A stretch of 64,000 bases of DNA from Fibrobacteria bacterium. GTDB lineage: Bacteria > Fibrobacterota > Fibrobacteria > UBA11236. Positions 9,340-20,109 of this stretch are shown here, piece by piece. The notes below the pieces were generated by a model that saw nothing but the letters and a program-made list of their open reading frames with translations, had not been told where the DNA came from and searched no databases. Numbering within the stretch: the stretch's first letter is position 1; each line of letters opens with the position of its first letter. The stretch covers positions 1 through 64,000 of the forward strand of contig JBGTHM010000083.1 in NCBI GenBank assembly GCA_041746255.1, in the 5' to 3' direction. A program made the translations under genes and the position numbers.

Positions 9340-11077
9340 ACCGGAGGTAACCCAGGTGATTCCCAGGGAGGGCGGGCAACTCGATTAAACCGTCCCTGAT
9401 TGTTCCTTCCCAAAGTAGTTCGCCGCGAATTCCGGTCACAACCGCTTTCCTGGCTCCGGAAGGAGCTGAGAGTCTGCGATTGATAGACCCGGGCGCGATT
9501 AGCCTTCCGTGACGGAAGGATTGTCCGGAATTGGATGCATCCGTAATTCCAACCGAGGTTGCCGCAAATACCGATTGAGCGCATGCACTGGCCGGATAGT
9601 GGGTGCCTGTATATTCCATTTTGTATAACACACCGGTATTGGGTCCTCCTCGAGTACCTGTTCCTTCGCCTAGCAGCAAGACATAAAGTTCACCTTTGGA
9701 ATTGACATTCATGTCAATGACTCTTTCCGCGTCAAATTCGGTTTCCACCTTTTTCAGGGATTTGTCGGAATTCATTTCCAGGGACCAAATCTTGCCCCTA
9801 CGGAAGTCACTTACAATGAATTTCCCATGGAAATAAGCCGGTAATCGAGTCGCGGGCAACCCTTCCTGATAACGGTAATAGGGACCGGCAATAGCGGCTT
9901 CGCTGCCGGTTCCGAATGCGGTATTCGGCCCGGTTTGCGAATTCCGGGCATTGTAGTAAGCCAGGGCGCCTGTCGCGGGAGGAAGGTTTTCCATACCGGT
10001 ATTGAACTTCGAGAGGTTTTTCAGATTCTTTACATCAAAAACCGTACCTTTGGCATAAGGTTCCTCTTCATAGGCCACGTAGGGCTGGTTGTCAGCGATG
10101 GCAAAGGGCCAGCCGAAATTTCCCGCCTGAGTGACCAAGTTGAATTCGTCTGAACCGGTAGGCCCGCGCTGTGGATCCGGTCCACCCGCATCCGGTCCCA
10201 CATCGCTGACGAGGACAAATCCGGATACCGGATCAATTTTGAGGCGATAGGGGTTACGGTGACCCATGCTATAGATTTCCGGGCGGGTTTTGGGCATTCC
10301 AGGCGGGAACAAATTTCCTTCCGGAATGGAATAAGTCGAGCCCACGCCTGGGGCGGGGGTCTGATTGTCCGGGAAGGGGAGGGGGCGAATGCGCAGGACC
10401 TTGCCTCGCAAATCATTGGTGTTCGCCGCGGTGCCGAGGTCGTTTAGATAAGATTCGGTTTCGTTCCGGCCACCCCAATGGGTAACCTGAGTGGATGGGA
10501 AAACATCGTCGCCGGTGGGGATATAGAGATCACCTGTACCGGGATGGAAAGCGATACCACCCGCCGCATGTCGTTTGGACTGGCGTTTGAAGGAGAGAAG
10601 CTCCTTCATGTTACCCAACTTTCCGCCGGAGAAAGTATAACGGACAAGCACATGTTCATGCGGGAATACATTTGGGTCACCGGCATTGGTGGAATTTCCC
10701 GGTAATCTGCGGGAAAAAAATACGTAAACCCAATTCGTCTTGGAAAATTCAGGGTCGGCGGCGATGCCGAGTAATCCGTTTTCCACATTATCGTTATAGA
10801 TGTCGATCGATGCAGCTTCCGTCACTCCTAAACCCGGAGTAAACAACTTGATTTTGCCGGTAAACATTTCATTAATAAGTACCCGGTCATCCGGGAGAAT
10901 ACTCATATGCACAGGTAAATTGAGTCGCAGGTTTGATGTTTGATCCACGAGGGCTACCTTGCGCCATTCACCGGCTTTAGGCTTGGAGCAAGGCTGAGCA
11001 TTCAAGCCGGCGCCGAATAGAGTGAGTGCCAGACCGAATGTGAACGGCGGTATCCGCGAGAGATTACGCATTTTCAA
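9332..11077 (-). CDS. PQQ-dependent (glucose/sorbosone) sugar dehydrogenase family, secreted
   Basis: ENGLLGIA.DP.F, NTNDLRGKVLRI, EIYSMGHRNPYR, DVGPDA, GNFGWP. Confidence 0.8.
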   Translation of the reverse strand: MKMRNLSRIPPFTFGLALTLFGAGLNAQPCSKPKAGEWRKVALVDQTSNLRLNLPVHMSILPDDRVLINEMFTGKIKLFTPGLGVTEAASIDIYNDNVENGLLGIAADPEFSKTNWVYVFFSRRLPGNSTNAGDPNVFPHEHVLVRYTFSGGKLGNMKELLSFKRQSKRHAAGGIAFHPGTGDLYIPTGDDVFPSTQVTHWGGRNETESYLNDLGTAANTNDLRGKVLRIRPLPFPDNQTPAPGVGSTYSIPEGNLFPPGMPKTRPEIYSMGHRNPYRLKIDPVSGFVLVSDVGPDAGGPDPQRGPTGSDEFNLVTQAGNFGWPFAIADNQPYVAYEEEPYAKGTVFDVKNLKNLSKFNTGMENLPPATGALAYYNARNSQTGPNTAFGTGSEAAIAGPYYRYQEGLPATRLPAYFHGKFIVSDFRRGKIWSLEMNSDKSLKKVETEFDAERVIDMNVNSKGELYVLLLGEGTGTRGGPNTGVLYKMEYTGTHYPASACAQSVFAATSVGITDASNSGQSFRHGRLIAPGSINRRLSAPSGARKAVVTGIRGELLWEGTIRDGLIELPALPGNHLGYLRFE

Positions 11078-11220
11078 TTCCTATTTCGGGCAACTTGAAA
11101 TATATCTCCTAAGGCAAATATTTATTCATGGAATGGGGGCAGAGACATTTTTTATCACATTGGCTGTTGGCTATGCAAACTACTTGCGCAGTGAATGAGT
11201 CGTTCACTGGAAGACAGTGG

Positions 11221-12051
11221 TCACTTGTGGAAGAGGATGGCGGGAGAGGGACCCATGGGACCGCCAGTCAACTTACGACCATCTATTCCGAAGACGGGGA
11301 CGCCCATTTCAAGAGGAGTTACGTAATCCGGATTGGAAAACGCCGTAGAAAGCCAAGGACCCCTTTTTCCTGCCTGCGCTTTCCGAGTCACGCCGATGGA
11401 AACGACTTCCTGCCATTCCGAAATTTGCACGTTACGTACATATAATTCCTTGACTTGGTTCTTATGCAACTGCCACGCGAGGAAGCCCTTAGCCTTCATC
11501 TTTGGGTAGATATAATCAGTCACTTGTTTATCATTCACGTCAACTTGAACCCTCGTGCCCTTGACTCGGATCTCCATGGAATTCCATTCTTTAGGTGTAT
11601 AACTGGATTTCATGCCCTCGTGCGGTTCGGAAACATAATGGCTCGCGTATTTACCGTCCTTTATGATATATTCGTAAATTCTGCCGGGGAAGTCATGGCT
11701 AAAATCCACTTGCGGCCCCTCGATATCCTCTTTTCCGAAAAAGTTGTGGAAATTAATACCGGAATTTCCTTGTACCAGTTTGAAATCGAATTGCATGATA
11801 AAATCACCGTACTGTTTGTCCGACATCAGCCAATTCTCACGAGGCGCCTTATCGGTAATGGCATGGAGGACGCCATCCATCACTTTCCATTTGTCGGTGG
11901 TTTGCAAAGGAGTGAGCGCGTCATAGGGTGTCCAACCCTGTAGATTCTTGTCCAGAGTCTTGATAAACTGATACTCCTGACCATGAAGTTTCGCGCCAAG
12001 TCCCCAAATTATCAGGAGTGGCGCGAGAAGGCGGGTATACAGTGAATTCAT
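11221..12051 (-). CDS. DUF1080 (3-keto-glycoside hydratase-like) secreted protein
   Basis: WKVMDG, YGDF, NSGI, EWNSMEI, GFLAWQLH, VRNVQI. Short IDGRK tail. Confidence 0.8.
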   Translation of the reverse strand: MNSLYTRLLAPLLIIWGLGAKLHGQEYQFIKTLDKNLQGWTPYDALTPLQTTDKWKVMDGVLHAITDKAPRENWLMSDKQYGDFIMQFDFKLVQGNSGINFHNFFGKEDIEGPQVDFSHDFPGRIYEYIIKDGKYASHYVSEPHEGMKSSYTPKEWNSMEIRVKGTRVQVDVNDKQVTDYIYPKMKAKGFLAWQLHKNQVKELYVRNVQISEWQEVVSIGVTRKAQAGKRGPWLSTAFSNPDYVTPLEMGVPVFGIDGRKLTGGPMGPSPAILFHK

Positions 12052-12214
12052 CGGAATTTCTCCTCTATCGGGCACCTACAATTCATCCACAAATATAGCG
12101 CCAATTCGTCAGGAAATCCCAGGAAACCGGCAATTACGTCCAATTGGCGTTTCACCCACAAAACAAGCAGCCTGCCGTAAGCGGGCAAATTCATATCGGG
12201 GACCAAACCCCGTC

Positions 12215-14467
12215 CTATTTGGGAAGCGTGACCCGAAAATCCTTATGGGGCAAACATTCATCCCAGGTTTTTATTCCCAGAATGGGTTTCGCGAATTCAA
12301 AGGCAGCCTCCCACCCGGGAGTATCGGCTTTTTGCAGGGCATCCCACATGAATTTCTTTTGCGGAGGTTCATCCCAGGTGATGGCTCCAAACCGAAGATT
12401 GCCTTCATCAGGGTGGTCTTTGTGACGATGCCAGAGAAAAGCTTTGACATTGGGCATGTGTTGAATTTTATGCCAGGCGCAAGCAAACGCCGCTGCCTGG
12501 TCTTTCTGGGAAGCCAGGCTACCGTTCTTATCATTGAAACCCAACTCGGTTAAGTCCAAATTTCGAAAAATCTTTTCTTTGTAGCGGAATTTTTCCTGTG
12601 CCATATAATGCGAAAGTACCTCCACATTTTTAAACACAATTTTATCAGCCGTGTAGGTTCCCTTATATTCATCGGTCCACCAACGGGCGTTGCCCAGCGA
12701 ATAGGGATAGGGATGTTGCGCTACATGCCAAAGGAAATTGCCTTCCGCTTTGGCTCTTTCATTGATTCCCTCCAGCAATTCCGTACCTTTGACCCATGTG
12801 GTGAGCGCGGGTCGAACGTCCCACTGCCTGTCCATGGAGGTATAAATGCCCATGTTTTTGTGATATTTCTTGGTAGCCAGACTGGCCAATCTCAAGGCGC
12901 TGTAGTAATTATCGATGAGCACGGGCGGTTCCACTTTACCGATATTATACCAGATATGATGCGGCTGCACCTCGTTACCGATGATAAGACTGGAAATTTG
13001 TCCGAACTGTTTGTCCTGCCTGGAATACCGCATAGCTAAAAATTCAACGGCGGCCCGGTAAAGCCGAACTCCGTCTTCCGTAACCAGGTTAAAGGCCGCC
13101 AGGCCGCGAGGGACATTTGCCACGATGGTATTAGGGTGCAGCAAATAATTATCCGGTTGGGTGGCGGGGCCAATCTGGTTCAGCAGAACCGCATAAACGG
13201 TAATACCTACATCCGACCTTTCCTTGATGCGCTTATCAATGTTATTGACTCCCCCCGGATTGATGGGGACCGGGAATCCATCGACATCGATGATGATCTC
13301 ATTGGGCCCAAATTTACAATTGGCGGGGTCAATACCCATCCCTGCGAGTTTTACCGGGTCCTCTCCCGTTTCCACGCAGGCTTTCAGTACCGGGTATCGA
13401 CCCTGGTTGATGATTTGCTGCAGAGAAATATTCTCATGGGTTATTTTTATCCCCAATGCCAAGGCATCTTCCGTATCCCTGATGTCATTGATGCCCTTTT
13501 TACTGGCCGGTTCGGGAAAGTCAAACTGCCTTTGGGTCGCAATATCAAAATCGGTGACAAAATGGGGGGCTCCCAGAGGTTGGCCGGTTTCGCCATTTAC
13601 CAATTGAAATTTCCGGAACATACGATCTACCTTGCCGTCATAACGGGCAATCGTTACATGTTCCGTGTGGCCCTCCCACACAGCAGGGAATTGTTTCTTG
13701 ACCGAAAACGTATCGACGGCGGAAAGTTGCATGATGCGCAATTTGCCCGCCGGGGGATTCAAGCGTATCAGAATAAGGGAGTCGTAAGCTTTTATAAATC
13801 CGATGCCTTTGGTAGCCACCTGACTATTCTTCAGTAACACCAAATCTCCAAGATTCCCGTTTAATGAATCCAGCGAAACTTTCAGATCCTGGTATCCCGC
13901 CAGGGAAATGGACAGTTCGTCGGCCGCTGCCGAGGATTTTGCCAGCGCGGACTTGGGTTCCGAATTGGATTCAGCACCATGGCGATAGTTTGCTCCTTGG
14001 ACATGTACCAATTTGAGGGATACGGCATTGTCGCCCACCGTTCCACGGAGAAAATAAATTCCCAGATCCAAATCATTGCTGAGAACCTGCTGAGTAAACT
14101 TTCCGGCCGTAATAACTCCCTGGTGGACTCGTTTCTGAACCCGACCGGAAATATCGATTAATGTCAGATTCACCTTTGTTTTCGCGGATAGATCGAGAAA
14201 AAGCCAGCCATTTTCAACAACGGGAACAGCACTACGGGGTGTAAACTCCCAAGTAGCGGTAGTTGCGGATTTTAGCGAGAATGATCCATTCTTGGCGGTT
14301 ACCGCTGATAGCCCTCCCTGGATCAACTTGACCGTAGCGCCCTGCAAAGGTTCATCATAGATGTTGATTATTTTTCCGGAAAGTGAAATCGATTGTCCCG
14401 GTATTAGGGAAGTGAATATGAATAAGCATAAGGTGCTGATAATCGGATTGGAATTCGTTTTTTTCAT
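12215..14467 (-). CDS. DUF5722 glycoside hydrolase-like protein with N-terminal carboxypeptidase-regulatory/CTD-like module
   Basis: EFLAMRYS, IIGNEV, HPYP, LTELGF, QAAAFA. Signal peptide from MKKTNS. Confidence 0.7.
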   Translation of the reverse strand: MKKTNSNPIISTLCLFIFTSLIPGQSISLSGKIINIYDEPLQGATVKLIQGGLSAVTAKNGSFSLKSATTATWEFTPRSAVPVVENGWLFLDLSAKTKVNLTLIDISGRVQKRVHQGVITAGKFTQQVLSNDLDLGIYFLRGTVGDNAVSLKLVHVQGANYRHGAESNSEPKSALAKSSAAADELSISLAGYQDLKVSLDSLNGNLGDLVLLKNSQVATKGIGFIKAYDSLILIRLNPPAGKLRIMQLSAVDTFSVKKQFPAVWEGHTEHVTIARYDGKVDRMFRKFQLVNGETGQPLGAPHFVTDFDIATQRQFDFPEPASKKGINDIRDTEDALALGIKITHENISLQQIINQGRYPVLKACVETGEDPVKLAGMGIDPANCKFGPNEIIIDVDGFPVPINPGGVNNIDKRIKERSDVGITVYAVLLNQIGPATQPDNYLLHPNTIVANVPRGLAAFNLVTEDGVRLYRAAVEFLAMRYSRQDKQFGQISSLIIGNEVQPHHIWYNIGKVEPPVLIDNYYSALRLASLATKKYHKNMGIYTSMDRQWDVRPALTTWVKGTELLEGINERAKAEGNFLWHVAQHPYPYSLGNARWWTDEYKGTYTADKIVFKNVEVLSHYMAQEKFRYKEKIFRNLDLTELGFNDKNGSLASQKDQAAAFACAWHKIQHMPNVKAFLWHRHKDHPDEGNLRFGAITWDEPPQKKFMWDALQKADTPGWEAAFEFAKPILGIKTWDECLPHKDFRVTLPK

Positions 14468-14827
14468 AATATTTATTTTTGTTGGGAGGATAGTTGAAGA
14501 ATATGTTGCTGATAATCCGCGGTACCTTTGCATCGTTCCGGTATCAGGTTGCGAACTCGCACTGGCCCATAGGCTTGTTTTTAAGGTCGATTACAATTCC
14601 AGTAAAGGATGTTTGTCCCCAAGTGAAAGTTTGGACGGCCAGTGAAATGCAGATCGACATAATTTTTCCGCAACCAAGACCAATATGAATTTCCATTCCA
14701 GAATTGGAGGAAAATTTCCTAAAAATTGGTCGAAGTTACAGTTAGTATACTTTGATGGCTGCAGACACCAATTTATCAAGCAGTCAAAAAATATCTCAGT
14801 TTGAATCCATTCGCCGTCCCGCTTGTC

Positions 14828-14857
14828 AGAATCTGTTTTTTTTAAAAAACAGATTCT
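14828..14857. promoter_or_regulatory. 30-bp palindrome containing a TGT-N12-ACA box
   Basis: AGAATCTGTTTTTTTTAAAAAACAGATTCT in a divergent intergenic region. A second box, CGTATTTTGCAAAAAACA, lies at 14940-14957. Confidence 0.65.
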
Positions 14858-15042
14858 ATTAAGTCGTGAAAGGGGGGTATAATGTGTCATGGGAGCCAAA
14901 GACACTCCTTGGGTAATTTTCGAAATTTGCCCAATTGAGCGTATTTTGCAAAAAACAAATTCTCCTCTTGGTCCGCAGCACAAGAAGCGATACCGGGCTA
15001 GTTTATAGAAGCTCCAGATTGAACACTTAGAAGGGGACGCGG

Positions 15043-16482
15043 ATGGAATTCGGAAATCATTTCAGGTGGTTCTACAGGTTTGTAGCCCTGGGCACGGCAA
15101 CCTTTTTCGTGGTAACCGCCACGGCGAAACTTCCGGATGGCGTTTCATTGAAGCCCTATTTACAACCCTCGGGTACCGTTTTTCAAGCACCCATATCCTT
15201 TCTGGAAATACCGGGAAGCGCCGGTGCTTTTGTGGTTGTGGAAAAGGCGGGAAGAGTCGTTTATTACGAACCCAAAACCGGAAAATCCTGGGAATGGTCA
15301 AAAATATCCGTGAACACTTTTGCCGAAGAAGGTCTTTATAGCGTCGCCTTCCATCCTGATTTTGTCAATAATGGCCGCTATTATGCTTTTTATAATCCGT
15401 CGAGCAATCCCACTAGTGGCGCCATGGAAAATCGTGGAAAATTCGCGATTGTTTTAGCGGAGTTTAAAGCGGATGCCAAGCGCGAAAGGGATTCCGGTGA
15501 ACAGCCGAAGATAATCCATAACTTTTGTTGCAAGGAAAATGGCGGTCATAATGGGATGGCCATGGTCTTCGGTACTGATGGAATGCTCTATCTTTCTATA
15601 GGCGATGGAAATACCAATGGAAAAGACACCCAATCCAGAAAGTCCATATTAGGTACGGTTCTGCGAATCAACGTGGATAACCCCGATCCAGGTAGAAATT
15701 ATGGCATCCCTACGGACAACCCTTATTTCAACGATCCAGATCCCAAAGTGCTCAAGGAAATCTGGTCCTATGGCTTTCGTGTCCCGTTCAAGATGATGAT
15801 GGACCCTTTGAACGGAGAACTGTGGGTTGGTAATGTCGGCGGATGGCTTCCAGACTATGTTATCAAGATTGGCAAAGCCGTGAATTCCGGATGGCCGATA
15901 ACGGAAGCCACCTATTGTTGGAATGAGGCGCCGGCTGGAACCCATAAACCGCCTCTCCCGGATTGCGATCGCACGGGCATTACTCCGGCTAACTTTTCCC
16001 TTCCGCGGGAGCAGCCCTTTCGCAATGCCAACACGAATAGCGTTACCGGTCTCTACATTCACCGAGCCAATCCCCAATCCGAATTCTATGGGGCTTTGTT
16101 CGTCGGAGATTACCAGTCCAGGCAGTTTTACGGCGTCCGTTTGGATGCAAACGGTAGCCTGGAGGAAATTAAGGAATATAAAATCCCCACTTCAGTCCGT
16201 CCCATCCACATTGCCGCTGCCAGTGATGGGCGAGTATTGGTCCTGGAGCATGGCCCGCGGACGGCTCCCTGGGGTGTAAATCAGTTTTATTATCTGGACC
16301 ATCCTCAGCTGCTTTTACCGCCGTTAACGGCCGGAATAGGCAGAAAGCGATCCGCTCTGCCACCGGCAATCTATGAAAAGGTTAAAAACATCTACGATGT
16401 TTCCGGCAAACGTTTGAATCCGGCAAAGACCGGCACTCTGGATGGTGTATCTACCTGGACAGTTCCGGTGGAAGTAAAATAG
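15043..16482 (+). CDS. PQQ-dependent sugar dehydrogenase family, secreted
   Basis: EEGLYSVAFHPDF, HNG, FGTDGMLYLSIGDG, LGTVLRINVD, IPTDNP, EIWSYGFR. Confidence 0.8.
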   Translation: MEFGNHFRWFYRFVALGTATFFVVTATAKLPDGVSLKPYLQPSGTVFQAPISFLEIPGSAGAFVVVEKAGRVVYYEPKTGKSWEWSKISVNTFAEEGLYSVAFHPDFVNNGRYYAFYNPSSNPTSGAMENRGKFAIVLAEFKADAKRERDSGEQPKIIHNFCCKENGGHNGMAMVFGTDGMLYLSIGDGNTNGKDTQSRKSILGTVLRINVDNPDPGRNYGIPTDNPYFNDPDPKVLKEIWSYGFRVPFKMMMDPLNGELWVGNVGGWLPDYVIKIGKAVNSGWPITEATYCWNEAPAGTHKPPLPDCDRTGITPANFSLPREQPFRNANTNSVTGLYIHRANPQSEFYGALFVGDYQSRQFYGVRLDANGSLEEIKEYKIPTSVRPIHIAAASDGRVLVLEHGPRTAPWGVNQFYYLDHPQLLLPPLTAGIGRKRSALPPAIYEKVKNIYDVSGKRLNPAKTGTLDGVSTWTVPVEVK

Positions 16483-16668
16483 GGTAAAAAGAGAGCCCTC
16501 TGCCGTAAACGCAGTGTGGGCCGCTCTGATTTATGCTCTTTGTTATCAATTCCCAATAGTGTGGCGGTCGAACCTACTCGACCCACCAAATTTTGAAAGA
16601 AACAGAATCAAACATCCCCTAAGACAGATGTCAGCGTTTTATAATGGGCTTGGAATTAAATTAAGCAT

Positions 16669-18219
16669 ATGAAAAAAAACATTTTTTCTTCAATTTTGCT
16701 ATTTGCGGTTTTGTCGATTTCCGGCATTGCCCAAACCTCAAGACCTAACATTATTTTTCTGCTCACCGACGATCAACCCTGGAATACACTGGGGGCTATG
16801 GGAAACACCATCATTCAAACTCCGCAAATCGACTCTCTCTCCAAGACAGGCGTGACTTTCGAAAATGCCTTCGTCACCACCGCCATCTGCTTTGCTAGTC
16901 GCGCCACCATTTTTAGCGGTCAACATGTACCCCGCAACAAAATATCGACCTTTGGCACCCCGTTTACCTCTGCGGCATTGGCCCAGACCTATCCCATGCT
17001 GCTTCGCAAGGCCGGATACAATACCGGCTTTATCGGAAAGTGGGGTATCGGCGGCGCACTTCCTCAAAATGAGTTTGATAAATGGTACGGGTTCGCGGGT
17101 CAAGGACACTACGAGGTAAAAGATAAAGATGGTAAGGTGATTCAACACCTTACCGCGAAAATGGGAGATCAAGCCGAGGATTTCTTGAAATCGACTTCGG
17201 CTTCAAAACCCTTTTGTTTGTCGATATCTTTCAAGTCACCGCACCTCCAGGATCAGGATCCCCGACGCTTTATCCCTGATCCCGCCTATATGGGGTTATA
17301 CGTAAATGATATGTTCCCGAAACCGCCGAATTCTGATCCAGCCTTTTACCAGGCCTTGCCGGCATTTTTGCGAAATCCTTCCCATCAATTGCGAAAAAGA
17401 TGGGAGCTTGAATTTAAAACGGAACCCATGTTTCACGAAACCATGAGGAATTTTTATCGGCTTATAACCGGTGTAGATGTCGTAGTGGGAAGGATTCGCA
17501 AGCAGCTGGCCGAAACTGGAGCCGATAAAAACACGGTTATCATTTTCACAAGCGACCATGGAAGGTTCTTAGGGGAACGAGGTTACGCGGGAAAATGGCT
17601 GGCCTACGATGCTTCCATCCGAATTCCCATAATTATTTATGACCCAAGGCTGCCCGCGCAAAAACGCGGTCTCCGCTTACCGGAAATGGTGCTCAACCTG
17701 GATATTCCCGAAACCATTTTATCGCTCGCCCGAGTTCCCATTCCCGCAACTATGCAAGGTCATGACATGATGCAATTGGTGCATGGTACCGCGAAGGAGT
17801 GGCGAACGGAATTCTATTATGAACATTACGCCGTTGAAGGATCGGCTCCACCTTCCGAGGCCTTGGTCGGAACCCGGTATAAATACATCATTTATACCAC
17901 TCAAAATCCGAAGTACGAAGAATTGTACGACCTGGAAACCGACCCGCACGAATCCGTGAATTTGTTTAAAGATCCGAAATATGCAGCGATATTAGACAGC
18001 ATGAAATCTCGGTTCAACATTCTTAAGGTGTCCAGTATCAATGATAACGAGGTTAAGGAATTGACCGCTCCGGTTTCCGTTCCGACGAATATTGAGACCA
18101 TTAAGCCGAGGTTAAGGTCGGTTAGCCACAATCCTCCGGAATCTAACGAGAAATATGACGCGCTTGGGAAAACCGCTACCCCCTATTCGAAGTGGAAGCG
18201 GTTATTCGGGTGGAATTGA
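16669..18219 (+). CDS. Secreted Cys-type sulfatase
   Basis: PNIIFLLTDD, CFASR, GKW, SDHG, ELYDLETDPHE. Short YDALGK tail. Confidence 0.9.
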   Translation: MKKNIFSSILLFAVLSISGIAQTSRPNIIFLLTDDQPWNTLGAMGNTIIQTPQIDSLSKTGVTFENAFVTTAICFASRATIFSGQHVPRNKISTFGTPFTSAALAQTYPMLLRKAGYNTGFIGKWGIGGALPQNEFDKWYGFAGQGHYEVKDKDGKVIQHLTAKMGDQAEDFLKSTSASKPFCLSISFKSPHLQDQDPRRFIPDPAYMGLYVNDMFPKPPNSDPAFYQALPAFLRNPSHQLRKRWELEFKTEPMFHETMRNFYRLITGVDVVVGRIRKQLAETGADKNTVIIFTSDHGRFLGERGYAGKWLAYDASIRIPIIIYDPRLPAQKRGLRLPEMVLNLDIPETILSLARVPIPATMQGHDMMQLVHGTAKEWRTEFYYEHYAVEGSAPPSEALVGTRYKYIIYTTQNPKYEELYDLETDPHESVNLFKDPKYAAILDSMKSRFNILKVSSINDNEVKELTAPVSVPTNIETIKPRLRSVSHNPPESNEKYDALGKTATPYSKWKRLFGWN

Positions 18220-18318
18220 TGCAATCCCGTGCTCTGGGATGCCATGAGCGGAAAATGGGTTCGGATTGTAGAATCGCATTGAAGTGGGAGCTATCCGGCA
18301 CAAAATAATGGGGAAAAA

Positions 18319-20088
18319 ATGAACTGCTCAAACAATTTCAGAATACTTAAATCGTTGGTTGTTTGCATAACGATGGCGTCTTCAGCCATATTCGGGGTAA
18401 GCGAAATTCAAGCTCAAAAGGCCTGGGTTCCCGCGGAAAATATCGGTTTGCTGAAAGAGATTCATCCCAGTCTGAAATTTCATGATTTGATGCCCGCAAA
18501 TTTTCAGCTGAGAATCGCCGCCTGGGACTGGTATGATGAAAACACCATAATTTTTGCTCATTGGGACTGGAACATAGGAACCATTTGGCTAATGGAAGGG
18601 GCGAAATCCTTCGATAAATCCAAGGTCACTTATAAACGGTATTATTCCAAAAATATACCGGAACCACTGGGCATAAAAAGGGTGAACGGAAAAGTTTACG
18701 TAGCTCATAAACATGCCATAACCGAATTGATCGACTCCAATAATGATGATGTAGCCGAATCCGAAAAAGTGCTAACCACTTTTACCTACTCGACATGGGA
18801 AAAAAACCCAGCCGGAATGCATCCCAATACTTTTGTTTACGACCTAAAATATAAAGACGGGTATTTTTATGTCGGCACAGGGTACACGGGGGAAGCCGGG
18901 GGCTTTGCTTATCCCGCCGTACGCACGGAATCGGCGATAGTGAAAGTCAACGCCATTACCGGTGAAAAGGAATATATCGCCACGGGATTACGTAATCCCG
19001 ACGGGCTTGCCTGGGGACCGGAAGGAGAACTTTGGTGTACTACGAATCAGGGTTCCTGGAACCCCAGTAATAAACTCGTAAATGTTAAAAATGGCGGGTT
19101 TTATGGTCAGCAATATGAACCGAACGGCACTGAAGTGGAAACACAACCTGCAGTTCACATTCCCTTCGGGAACTCGAGCCGCTCACCCACCCAACCCTTA
19201 TTGATGTCCCATGGCCCCTATAAAGGCCAGTTCATCATTGGTGATATTTTTTACGGCAATGTTCATCGAGCCTATGTGGAAAAGGTCGGTGGAGAATACC
19301 AGGGAGCGCATTTTAACTTTTCCGCCGGCCAGTCTGCAGGAATCCACCGTATCATACAGGATGCCTTAGGCAACCTCTATTTCGGCGGGATGGGAGTTCG
19401 CGACGGAGGCGGGGGAACCTGGATTTGGAACGGCAAGCTATATGGTATGCAAGCTGTGACCTATACGGATCAAAAAGCCTTTGAAGTTCATTCGGTAAAT
19501 TCTCTGAAGGACGGGTTTATGCTTAATTTCACCGAACCCGTTGGGGCCGCATCCTTAACACCGGATAATTTTGAAGTCACCCACTGGCATTACGAACCTG
19601 CCCGGAAATATGGTGGAGATCCAATGGGATTGAAAAAGTTAACCGTCACCCAAGTTTCCGCCGATCCCACGTCTACCCAAATTCGTGTGAAAATTCAGGG
19701 GCTGCAAGCGGGTAAAATCGTAGAGATTCGTTTCCACAAGGACTTCGTGTCGGCTGGGGGGAAGGTTCCTTTCACGGGAGAATTCCGGTATACCTTGAAC
19801 CGGATTTCCGACAGAACGGATGTTGTCACGTTAAAGGGTTTCTCTGCTGGAATGAATTCCGACATGGGCATTTCAAAAAATGGTTCGGTTTTCAACGTTG
19901 ATTTCGGTCATCCGGTAACAGGTACGCTATCGGTAGTGGATTTGACGGGACGGATGTTACTGCTTCGGGAAATCTCCAACGAAACCAATGTTAAATTTGA
20001 TTCACCTCTGGTTAAGGCCGGAGTTTATGTGCTCAAATTCACCAGTGGCAAGGAAAATTTATCCAAGCCCATCTTTATGGGTCGATAA
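18319..20088 (+). CDS. Secreted beta-propeller dehydrogenase-like protein with CTD
   Basis: GLRNPDG, NQGSW, YQGA, YTLN. C-terminal DLTGRM...GVYVL. Confidence 0.7.
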   Translation: MNCSNNFRILKSLVVCITMASSAIFGVSEIQAQKAWVPAENIGLLKEIHPSLKFHDLMPANFQLRIAAWDWYDENTIIFAHWDWNIGTIWLMEGAKSFDKSKVTYKRYYSKNIPEPLGIKRVNGKVYVAHKHAITELIDSNNDDVAESEKVLTTFTYSTWEKNPAGMHPNTFVYDLKYKDGYFYVGTGYTGEAGGFAYPAVRTESAIVKVNAITGEKEYIATGLRNPDGLAWGPEGELWCTTNQGSWNPSNKLVNVKNGGFYGQQYEPNGTEVETQPAVHIPFGNSSRSPTQPLLMSHGPYKGQFIIGDIFYGNVHRAYVEKVGGEYQGAHFNFSAGQSAGIHRIIQDALGNLYFGGMGVRDGGGGTWIWNGKLYGMQAVTYTDQKAFEVHSVNSLKDGFMLNFTEPVGAASLTPDNFEVTHWHYEPARKYGGDPMGLKKLTVTQVSADPTSTQIRVKIQGLQAGKIVEIRFHKDFVSAGGKVPFTGEFRYTLNRISDRTDVVTLKGFSAGMNSDMGISKNGSVFNVDFGHPVTGTLSVVDLTGRMLLLREISNETNVKFDSPLVKAGVYVLKFTSGKENLSKPIFMGR

Positions 20089-20109
20089 TTATTTCGCGAT
20101 CTCTGCCGG

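Noticed and set aside
14591..14983. 130-aa ORF in the divergent intergenic region
   Set aside because: AT-rich, atypical composition, and it overlaps the regulatory palindromes.
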